Below are positions 22,136-31,300 of a DNA stretch of 33,341 nt, one piece after another. The position numbers were made by a program, and so were the translations under genes. The notes below the pieces were generated by a model, which saw nothing but the letters and a program-made list of their open reading frames with translations, was not told where the DNA came from and did not search any database. The stretch comes from Thraustochytrium aureum (Eukaryota), in assembly GCA_012862495.1 (NCBI GenBank), contig BLSG01000419.1, positions 173,932 to 207,272 of the forward strand, given 5' to 3'. Position 1 is the stretch's first letter; every line of letters starts with the position of its first letter.

Positions 22136-22574
22136 GCAGCCGTCAGCCAGCTCGCCTCTCGCGCCGCGCGAAGCGAGCTCGCTTCGCCNNNNNNNNNNNN
22201 NNNNNNNNNNNNNNNNNNNNNNNNNNNNNNNNNNNNNNNNNNNNNNNNNNNNNNNNNNNNNNNNNNNNNNNNNNNNNNNNNNNNNNNNNNNNNNNNNNNN
22301 NNNNNNNNNNNNNCTCGCGCGTTGTTCGCAGCTTGCCGGGCAGGCACGAACTCGAACGGTCCCAACCGCACCAACGCGAGGGCGCTCGACTGGGGTTTGT
22401 GCCGTGCAGCGGCGGCTTGCTGGGCGCCAGCGGCTTGGCGAGTGCAGCGGCGTGGCGGATGTGGCGGCTTGCTCGGCTGTGGATTCAGCGGCGCACCGTA
22501 GCGGACGTGTAAACTGCCTGGAGTGCCGTCCGCACTGCGCGCCGCTTCTTGCTCGTCGGTTTTGTGCCCTCAGC

Positions 22575-22615
22575 CCCATTGCGCGCACAAATCCCATCGC
22601 ACGCACAAATCTCAT
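22575..22615. repeat. 18-bp tandem duplication CCCAT(T/C)GC(G/A)CGCACAAAT x2 plus a partial copy
   Basis: cccattgcgcgcacaaat cccatcgcacgcacaaat ctcat. Confidence 0.75.
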
Positions 22616-23159
22616 GGGACTTGCGCTGCGAGGCCGGCGCGACCAGGAGGGAAAGAGCACTGGGATTACGCGGCGCGGCCCGTCGTGGAGGCGCCTCGGA
22701 GGACGGACCTCGGGCTCGGCACAGCGCGCCACTGGAATCGAGTTGGCCGCCGCGCGATCGAACGCGTTGGACTGGCCGTTGTGAGGCGGCCCGCATGGGA
22801 GGGGCCACATCGTGAGAAGAATCCAACGGCTTCGGCGTGCGCGAGGTCCGTGCACTGGCAGCAGACAGGTCAGGTCGGCCAGCTCCAGCGCTGCCCAGAC
22901 ACAAAAACGGAGGCTGTCGGTGCAAGAGCAAGTACAGGACCCATCCTACCGCAGAGTACTACCCCGGTCAACTTACTCATCACGGCCGCTGCAACCTGCA
23001 GTGCGGCACGGCGCGGTCGCCGTCGCCGATTTCCCTCCTCACAGTTCCCGGGCCGACCTGCTCCTCCGAGCTGCGAGTATTGCCCGCTGCAATGTCGCCG
23101 GCCGTGAGAGAGCGAGCGTCTCAGGCTCGCAAGCCTGTCACGGCGTGCACGTTTCGTTC

Positions 23160-23266
23160 CTGCTCTGCTCTGCTCTGCTCGCTCTTGTCAGCTCTGCTCG
23201 CTCAGCTCTTGTGCTCAGCTGTCAGCGCTGCTCTCGTCAGCTCTGCTCTCGTCAGCTCTGCTCTCG
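23160..23266. repeat. CT-rich repeat tract including 15-bp GTCAGC(T/G)CTGCTCTC x3 (23221-23265)
   Basis: A (CTGCT)n lead-in followed by gtcagcgctgctctc gtcagctctgctctc gtcagctctgctctc. Confidence 0.85.
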
Positions 23267-23519
23267 ACGCCTCTGAGGGCCATCGCGGATCTGTTCGCGG
23301 GCAGCGCAGGCTCGGGAGCGCTCCTGACCTCATTGAAGGCCATCGGAGGAGCAAGTTGCTGCGAGGTTGAGCGTGGAGTAGAGCACAACTGCACTGGCGC
23401 TTGCGCTCGAGTGGTGAGCTGAGCACCGTCGCAGTGAGAATGCGCCAGTTCGCTTGCAGCTCGGCAGACACCGAACGCAATAGCGCGCAAGGCGGAGTGA
23501 AAAGGCCATCCATCCACAA

Positions 23520-23572
23520 GGCAGGCAGGCCGGCAGGCAGGCAGGCGGGCGGGCGGGCGGGCGGCGGGCAGG
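23520..23572. repeat. (GGCA)n/(GGGC)n microsatellite upstream of ALDH7
   Basis: gcaggcaggccggcaggcaggcaggcgggcgggcgggcgggcggcgggcagg. Confidence 0.8.
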
Positions 23573-23626
23573 TCTGGTCTGCGCTGTGCGGCTCTGCCAA
23601 CCGACGGTTTTTGCTGCGGGCTTTGA

Positions 23627-25285
23627 ATGTTTGCGAGCAGTGCACGTCGTGGGACGGCCGTGAAAGCCGCGGCGCTGGCCACGGCGCTCGGGACGAAGCA
23701 GACGCGTGCGATGACGATGAGGGCGGCCGCGGACGTGCTCAAGGAGCTGGGCCTGTCGAGCACTGAGGTGAATGCCGGCGTGTTCGATGGGAAGAAGTGG
23801 GAGGCCAACGGGCCGGTGCACGCCGCGCTCAACCCGAGCACCGGCGAGGTGCTCGGCAAGGTGCAGTTCGGCGACAGGAGCGACTACGAGAGGAGCGCGG
23901 CGAACGCGGTCGCTGCGCAAGAGGCCTGGCAGCTGACACCGGCGCCCGTGCGCGGCGACATTGTGCGGCAGATCGGCGACGCCCTCCGCAGCAAGAAGGA
24001 GGCTCTCGGCTCGCTCCTCTCGCTCGAAATGGGCAAGATCTTCCCCGAAGGCTGCGGCGAAGTCCAAGAGTACATTGACATTTGCGACCTCGCATGCGGG
24101 ATGAGCCGGCAGCTCCCCGGCCAGATCGTGCCCTCCGAACGCGCCGATCACATCCTCATGGAGACCTGGAACCCGGTTGGCACGATCGGCGTAATCACCG
24201 CGTTCAACTTTCCGCACGCCGTGTTCGGCTGGAACTCGGCAGTGTCGATGATCTGCGGCAACACGCAGCTCGTCAAGGGGGCCGAGTCGTCTGCGCTCGT
24301 CACAACCGCGACGCAGCGGATCGTCACCGAGGTGCTCGAGAAGAACGGCGTCGACCCCGCAGTTGCCGTGCTCGTGATGGGCGAGGGCAGCGTCGTCGGG
24401 GAGGCCATGCTGCAAGACAAGCGCATCAACTTGGTCAGCTTCACTGGGTCGACCAAGGTCGGGGCGCACGCCAACCAGGTCGTCTCGGCCCGCGGCGGTC
24501 GCACCATCCTCGAGCTCGGCGGGAACAACGCCTCCGTTGTGATGCCCTCGGCGGACATGGAGGGCGTGCTGCAGTCAGTCGTCTTTGGCGCCGCAGGGAC
24601 CTGCGGGCAGCGCTGCACCTCCCTTCGGCGCCTGTTGTTGCACGAGTCCATCTACGACGACTTTGTTGCCAAACTCAGCAAGGCGTACACGAGGCTCCCG
24701 TACGGCCACCCGCTGCACAGCGACACGCTCATCGGCCCCATGCACAACGCGGCCGGCGTCGAGCTGTTCGAGCGCACTGTAAAGGAGGCGCTGAGCCAGG
24801 GTGGCGAGCTCCTCGCGGGCGGCGTGCGCCTCAGCGCCAGCGAGCTTCCATCGGCCGACCTTGCGAAGGGCAACTTTGTGAAGCCGGCTCTTATCGCCAT
24901 CGACCCGAACGCGCCCATCGTGCAGGAGGAGCGGTTCGTTCCCGTGCTGTACGTTTGCAAAGTGCCGGACCTCGAGACCGCAATCAAGGTCAACAACCAG
25001 GTGGAGCAGGGCCTCTCGAGCTCTATCTTCACCAACGACATGCGCGAGGTGTTCCACTGGCTGGGCCCGCGCGGGACAGACTGCGGCATCCGCAACGTCA
25101 ACTGCTCCTCGAGCGGGGCGGAGATTGGGCTTGGCTTTGGCGGCGAAAAGTCGACGTCGATGGGCTCTGGGAGCCGCGAGTCGGGCAGCGACGCGTGGAA
25201 GCAGTACATGAAGCGCGGCACCTGCACTATCTGCTACGGCGGTGTCAAGCTTGCGCAGGGGATCAACTTCAACTTGGGCGACTGA
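23627..25285 (+). CDS. ALDH7A1: Alpha-aminoadipic semialdehyde dehydrogenase (ALDH7 / antiquitin), probably mitochondrial
   Basis: ALDH7-family motifs: PAPVRGDIVRQIGDALR, LEMGKI…GEVQEYIDICD, E-W-NPVG, GVITAFNFP, SFTGST, LELGGNNA, catalytic GQRCT, GAEIG..FGGEK, RESGSDAWKQYM. The N-terminus MFASSARRGTAVKAAALATALGTKQTRAM is Arg/Ala/Ser-rich and acid-free, like a mitochondrial presequence. Confidence 0.96.
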   Translation: MFASSARRGTAVKAAALATALGTKQTRAMTMRAAADVLKELGLSSTEVNAGVFDGKKWEANGPVHAALNPSTGEVLGKVQFGDRSDYERSAANAVAAQEAWQLTPAPVRGDIVRQIGDALRSKKEALGSLLSLEMGKIFPEGCGEVQEYIDICDLACGMSRQLPGQIVPSERADHILMETWNPVGTIGVITAFNFPHAVFGWNSAVSMICGNTQLVKGAESSALVTTATQRIVTEVLEKNGVDPAVAVLVMGEGSVVGEAMLQDKRINLVSFTGSTKVGAHANQVVSARGGRTILELGGNNASVVMPSADMEGVLQSVVFGAAGTCGQRCTSLRRLLLHESIYDDFVAKLSKAYTRLPYGHPLHSDTLIGPMHNAAGVELFERTVKEALSQGGELLAGGVRLSASELPSADLAKGNFVKPALIAIDPNAPIVQEERFVPVLYVCKVPDLETAIKVNNQVEQGLSSSIFTNDMREVFHWLGPRGTDCGIRNVNCSSSGAEIGLGFGGEKSTSMGSGSRESGSDAWKQYMKRGTCTICYGGVKLAQGINFNLGD

Positions 25286-25834
25286 GCGCTCGCGCCCGGT
25301 CGCGCCCGTCGCCCGTGCCGGCCCTTGGGAGCGAGCGAGCTAGACGAAAGAGCTACCTTTAAAAAAGACGATCTATGCATGGAAACCCACCCCCCGCCGC
25401 GGCCTGCCCTTGGCCCCGCCGCGGCGCACCGTTCGGATTCTCGCGCTGCCATTTCGGCCGTCCTTCCCACTGTTGGCAGTCGTCCAACAGCCGCTCGCCG
25501 TGACACCCTTGCTGGAAGAGGCGGGGCAGACCGCGGGCGCTGGGCTCGGCGACAAGCGGCGCGCTTGCGCGGGACGCGGGCCGCGAGCGAGCGCCGCCGC
25601 ACGTCCGGTGGCGCCCGGAGAGCTAGCTGCTTTTGGTGGAGGCGGGGCTAGAAGGCCAGCTGCTGCATCGCTTCTCCGCCTGCGTCGTCTCGGCTCCCTG
25701 CGCCTCGAGGCTCGAGGCTGAAGAAAAAGGCGGGCCGGGAGCACGAGAGCCCGCGCGAGGGAGTCTGGCTCGTTCGCTTGCCCGCAGGAAGCGGCCCGCG
25801 TGGGAGCAAGCGCGTTGACTTACAAGCCAACGCA

Positions 25835-27842
25835 ATGGATTCCTTCGCGGCACTCAGAGGGATATACAGCGCGGATAAGGAGCAACTGGAAACGTTCCAG
25901 CATGGCGTGCCGACCTTTGACACGATCGAGGAGTGCATGGCCTGGGTCCAGCAGCACGCGCGGTTTGGGTCCAACCCCGACGAGCCCCGGCTGCGCCACA
26001 TGTTCACGCACCTGTTCAACTGGAAGCAAGTCCAAGAGCACGTACTCCCGCAGCTTGCAGCGATGAGGCCCGAGCAGTTCAACGCTGCTGGCGAGGACTT
26101 TTACTACAACAATCTGCCGCCCTCAGCAGACGGAGGGGCTGGCAGTGGCGACGATGCGAAAAGCCAAGACGGGAGCGACGCCGAGGAAGCAGGCTCCGGA
26201 GCAGCAAAGCCAGCGCCGTCCACGCCGCCGCGGCAGAACCGAGCGGTGTCGAGCTTTGAGTTCAAGCCTGTGCGCGAGTACCTCGAATCGCGCCTCGCGT
26301 TGAAGTTTCACAGAGCGATCAACACCGAGTCGACATGCCACACGTTGCACTACCTGTTCAACCACATGCGGTGCGGGATCCTCGTTGTGATCCGACGCAA
26401 CCAAGTGGCTCTATTCGCTCCCTTCGTGAACCGCGACTACGAAAACAACTGGGGCCAGAGCCTGCGCACGGACCCGGCGGACTTTGACGAGTACTTCAGG
26501 CTCAAGCGGAAATTCTACCGCAAAGAAAACATCATCCCCGACAAGACCAAGTGGTGGGCGAACGGCAACATCATCTGCAACGAGCATCACACCCCGCGCG
26601 AGCCGTTTACGCATATTGGAGCGACAACCTTCTCGCGCCCTTCAAGCACATGCTGGAGACGCTCTGCCGCGAGCGCCGCATCCCAGACGTCGAGCTATTT
26701 TTCAACAAGCGCGACCACCCGCAGCTCAAAGCCGACCTCACGGAGCCCTACGACTTTGTCTTTGACAAGAAGGACGTGCCCCTTGAGCGTGAGCGGTACG
26801 CTTCGTATGCGCCCATCATGTCCTTTTACACCTCGCCGCGCTTCGCCGACCTCCCCGTGCCGACAACGGGGACTGGGAGTCCGCAGTGGGCCGCGTCTTC
26901 CCGCCGTCGTTCATCCCAGACACGCGAACGAACAAGATCAGCGAGCCCCGAGATCTGTACCTCAAGGCCAACTTTGAAAAGTTCCGAGTGGATTGGGGAA
27001 GCAAGACCAACACAGCTTTCTTCCGCGGCAACGCAACGGGCGGGGGCACCACGCCAGAGACAAACCAGCGCCTCAAACTCGCCAAGATGTGCCAGGAGTG
27101 GACGCAGGACGGCAGCAACGGAGCGATACCGCTGTTGGACGCCGGGGTGACAGGCTTTAACGTCCGCGACAAGAAGCGCTTCGGCGAGCCGATGCGATTC
27201 ACGCAAAACTCCAAGATCGGGATCGAAAAGGCGCAGCGCTTCGAGATGTACCGCCAGGGCTCGTTCAAGTACATCTTGTACGTGGAGGGCCATTGCGCCG
27301 CCAACCGGTACTCGTTCCTCATGCGGCTCGGCAGCGTGATCTTCAAGGTCGAGTCTACCTGCGAGGCGTCGGAGATGTGGTTCTTCCCGCTTCTCAAGCC
27401 GTACGTTCCGGGATCCGAGGTGGTGCGGGGCGTGAATGGCGCCGACCACATCTCGATCAAAGCGGATCTGTCGGACTTGCGCGAGAAGATCGAGTGGTGC
27501 CGGGCGAACGACGAAAAGTGCGAGCTCATTGCAGAAAACGCCCGGTCCAAGTACCAGCGCTGCCTCTCAAAGGAGAGCATCCTCGACTATATGCAGATGC
27601 TGCTCGTCAAGACCGCGAAGGCCTTCGAGCACCCCCCGTCCTGGTGGACCCCACCCGAGCCGCTCAACGACAAGCCCCATCTCGCCCCGATGCACAAAAA
27701 GTGCACGCGGGACCAAGCCACGGGCGCCTTCGTCTACTGCGCGCGTTGCGAGCGCGACCGCACCTCTTCGGGCCCCAAGCGCCGCGCCTCAACCGGCGCG
27801 GGCGCCCCAACTCCAACCTCGAAGAAGCACCGTCGCGTCTGA
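25835..27842 (+). CDS. CAP10/GT90-family glycosyltransferase (KDELC/LPS-modifying-like), split by two single-base deletions
   Basis: Three overlapping ORFs (25778.., 26551.., 26886..) join into one protein: …TLHYLFNHMRCGILVVIRRNQVALFAPFVN…KWWANGNII…YWSD…IPDVELFFNKRDHP…PIMSFY…FADLPVPT-(x)DWE…WGSKTNTAFFRGNATG…RLKL…FKYILYVEGHCAANRYSFLMRLGSVIFKVES…WFFPLLKPY…IKADLSDLREKIEWCRAND. The WxxK..AFFRG, KY.L..EG and DLSDL…W motifs are typical of GT90. Frame switches occur at ~26613 and ~26870. Confidence 0.85.
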
Positions 27843-28396
27843 CCACCGGCCGGCCGATGACACAGAAGCACCAGCAAGGCTCGCGCCCGGGTCGCCGAGC
27901 AGCGGCCGTCTCCACTCCTGCGTCGTGCACATGCAGCTCTAGAGGTGCGCGAGCGAGCGATCCAGCGCGCAGGCGCGATGAAAGCTGCGTGAAACAGCGT
28001 TCCACAGGCATGNNNNNNNNNNNNNNNNNNNNNNNNNNNNNNNNNNNNNNNNNNNNNNNNNNNNNNNNNNNNNNNNNNNNNNNNNNNNNNNNNNNNNNNN
28101 NNNNNNNNNNNNNNNNNNNNNNNNNNTGCCAGACCGACCGCCCGCAGCGAGCCGCGACACAATCGGACAGACGCCGAGCGACCGAGCGGCAGCATGCCCC
28201 AGGTTGGCGGCGAGCAAGCCCGCATCGTAATTGCATTTTTCTATCCGTTTTTCAATCCTTACCTACTGTAATCACTTCGGCTCGAGCACTTCGGACGCGC
28301 ACCTCTCTGCGCCAGCAGACTGCGTTGCTGGAGGCCCGACGGCGTGGAGGTTGAAGGCCGGAAAGCCGCTCGCGTGCCTTTTTGCGGCGTTCGGCT

Positions 28397-31300
28397 ATGG
28401 AGCGCGTGCCGCGGGGCCCACGGGGCGCGGTCGACGGCGGCGATTCGCGCAAACTGCGAGGCAATGGCACCTTCCAGGGGCGCAAGGCTCGACTGCGCGA
28501 AGAAAAGTCGCTCTGGTCGGCCCCGCCGAACAAGAGGTTCCCGAGAGCGCACTTGTGGAGCTGGCAAGACGATGCGGCGGGCAGCTTTGAACGCGAGTTT
28601 GAAGCCGCGACCTCGATGCAGCTTGCGCAAGACGGACGGCGCGGCGGCGAAGTGGCAGGGTCCACGGCGTCGCTTCGCTTCCAGGGCAAGGCAACATCGG
28701 CACAGAACAAGGCCTCGTCCACGCAACCTGCCAGCGCGCTGCCTAGCGCAAACCTGGGCAATGCGCCGCGTGGCGCAACGCGCAACAGTATTGAGGCGAC
28801 CTTGATTCAAGCAATGCGCGAGCGAGGCGGCAAGTCCAAAAGCAAGGACGCGCAACCTCGCACGGCGCGCGGAGGAGACCAAGCGGGGCCACGGCGAGCT
28901 CGGCGCTTTAGCCTCGTTGCGCAATCGAAAAACAAGGGAACGCGCAAGTCGAACAGCAAGGGCAAAGGCGACCAGGGCACCCCGGCCGCAGCGAAAGCGC
29001 AAACCGGCGCTGCCGAGGCAGCAGCAGACGCCGCTCTTGCAAGTGATACTGCAGGGGCGAGCGACCTACGGCCGTTCGCGCACCTCGACACCCCAACCCC
29101 GCCGCTCGTGAGCTTCGGACTTGGGACAGCGAAGACGAAGATGCAGACCCCTTTGAGCTCCTCATGTCTCAAATGAAGCGCGAAAAGGAAGACCAGTCCT
29201 CCCTCGACGCTTTCCTCGGAGCGTGCGCCGACATGCAAGTGCTGCCGGAGCCCCTCTTTGCGTGCAAGCGCCAGGAAGCCAAAGATACCGTCGAAGCGAG
29301 CAAATTGCACGAGAACCTCGATGTGCGCATCAAAGGAGACATCGAGAAAGCAAACTCGCGCGATGTGGTGCTCTGGGACTGGCGACACGTTGCCAAAGCG
29401 CGCACCCCGGATGAGCTTAAACTCGAGCACTATGGTATGGGTGACCAGTTCATGCCAGCGATGGCCAAAGCGCTCGCAATTGATGCGGGGCACGCCCGCA
29501 ACGGTAAACAGGCCTTCCAGCGCTTCAACCTGAGCGCTTGTCGGCTGACGGGGAAGGGCTTGGCTCAATTCGTCCAAGGGTTCAAAGACCACCCGAGAGC
29601 ACGGCGCCTCGACCTCGCAGGAAACCAGCTTGGGCCAGCTGGCATCTCGTCGCTCAGCGCCGCGCTTGGGGCTGGCACTGCCGCTTCTCGGTCGCTAACG
29701 GTGCTTGATCTCAGCGGGAACGGTCTCGGGGACCGCGCCATAATCGAGCTCTTTGCAGCCCTGCGCGGTGCCGCCGTGCGGTGGCTCAATTTGAGCAAAA
29801 ACCAGATCGGGCGCACCGGTTCCCTTGCCATCGAAGCGTTCATCACGCAGCAGAGCTTGCCGGCTGTCCCTGAGCAACCGAGGCGTATGTCTCTCCTTGA
29901 GCAGCAGGAGGGCTCGTCCCTTCTTGTCTCGCTGACGGAGGACGCGAGTCGCAGGGGAGCCGAGAGCGACGGCGGAATCGAAGGAATAGGGAGCTGTAAA
30001 GACTCCGAGAGCGATGCATCCAGCTCGCAGGAGACTGGATCGGAGACCGGCTTTGTTGACAACGACACCCCTCACACCAGCCCGCTCTCCACGTTGCTGC
30101 TTGACTGGAACCAAATACGTGGCCAAGAGGCCGCACGCCTCGTGAGCGCTTTCCAGGCAAACAATGTCATCTCGGAGCTCTCGCTCAGCTGGAACGGGCT
30201 CGGGTCAAGTCGAGCCTCGATAGGTGCGGTTGTCGAGCTCGTAGAGAAGAACACGGGGATCAAGCGCCTGAGTCTTGCTCACAACCTCTTCGACAAGGCG
30301 ACGTGCGAAGAGATTCTCGTGAAGCTCTTGTCTTCGCCGTCGATGCTGAGCTTGGACCTGAGCGGCAACGAGGCGCACGAGAACGTCTTTCTCCGCAACG
30401 ACCAACAAACAAAGCTGCACAAGCTTGCCGAGTCGTGGCCTCTGCAAGCCAACGACCTAACGGGGAGCACCTATCTTTACACGAGGTACTCGGTGCGCCA
30501 ATCGCGCCGCCAGCGCAAGATGAGCGTACTGGACCCTGCCAACGCGCTTGCAGATCGTGCGACGCTGCAAAAAGCCAAGAAGCGGCAGTCCTCCCGCTCT
30601 GACGCAAGCAAGGGCCAGCGCAAATCGGAGGTCGCCAAAGCGCCAGAGCGAAAGCCTGAGGACACTGCCGCTCTCGTAAGCACGGTACCCGACGGACAAA
30701 GCCTAGTCGACTGCATTGACAGCAACCTATGGAAGCGGCGCGGCGTCTGCTGGATCGAGAAGCGCTGGACCAAGCACACGTTTTGGTACTACCCTGGAGT
30801 CAGCGGCCCTCCGTCGAGGGAGGTCTACTTGGTTCTCGTGCTCCCTGGCGGCGCCGGCATGTGCACCAAGATGCAAATGGCCCCTGACAAGCAGCCGAGC
30901 ATGGACGCCTCGGCGCAGCGGGTCAGGGCCGAGGCGCGCGTCACCTTGCTTCAGGCCGGCCGCATGGGTAGTGCCTCAGGAGCGGGTCGTTCGCTGCGCG
31001 GACGACCACAAAGATATCAAGCAGTAATCGGGCCACCTTGACTCGTGGGGCCAAGCAGTCAACAAAGTTCCTCCTGACCGCCAACCCGCTAGACCCCCGC
31101 ACGGCGTCTCGACGCACGCAAGCCGAGATCCGCAAACCCACGGCGGCGGCAGCGAAGCCCGCAGGGCCCAATTCAGACTCTGATTCCGACTCGGACGGCA
31201 GGGAATCGCCAGCTCAGCAACCTGGCCAAGTTGTCGAAGAGGAAGACAACGCCGAAGGGCGGGGCGAGAGCGACCAAGGCGATGAAGAGTGGAGCGCAAA

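Larger units (their letters stand above)
22069..23626. promoter_or_regulatory. Divergent spacer between AASS and ALDH7; candidate bidirectional promoter, possibly including an AASS 5' exon and intron
   Basis: About 1.56 kb between two head-to-head ORFs, with no convincing protein-coding ORF and several short repeats. The promoter function is inferred from orientation only. Confidence 0.5.

Noticed and set aside
22088..23266. Short repeats as a CRISPR-like array
   Set aside because: The repeats are directly tandem 12-18-mers with no unique spacers, there are no cas genes, and the context is eukaryotic.
19048..25285. Bacterial operon or contaminant origin for the lysine-catabolism pair
   Set aside because: The genes are divergent rather than co-directional, LKR/SDH is the eukaryotic fused form, ALDH7 has a presequence-like N-terminus, and the neighbours (katanin p80, snurportin) are eukaryote-specific.
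24082..25362. 426-aa alternate-frame ORF overlapping ALDH7 (and similar overlapping ORFs elsewhere)
   Set aside because: Arg/Ala/Gly-rich off-frame translation caused by high GC3 and scarcity of stop codons.
25835..27842. Endogenous giant-virus insertion around the GT90 gene
   Set aside because: No other viral hallmark genes, no visible compositional shift, and the flanking genes are ordinary eukaryotic ones. At most this is a single anciently shared gene.
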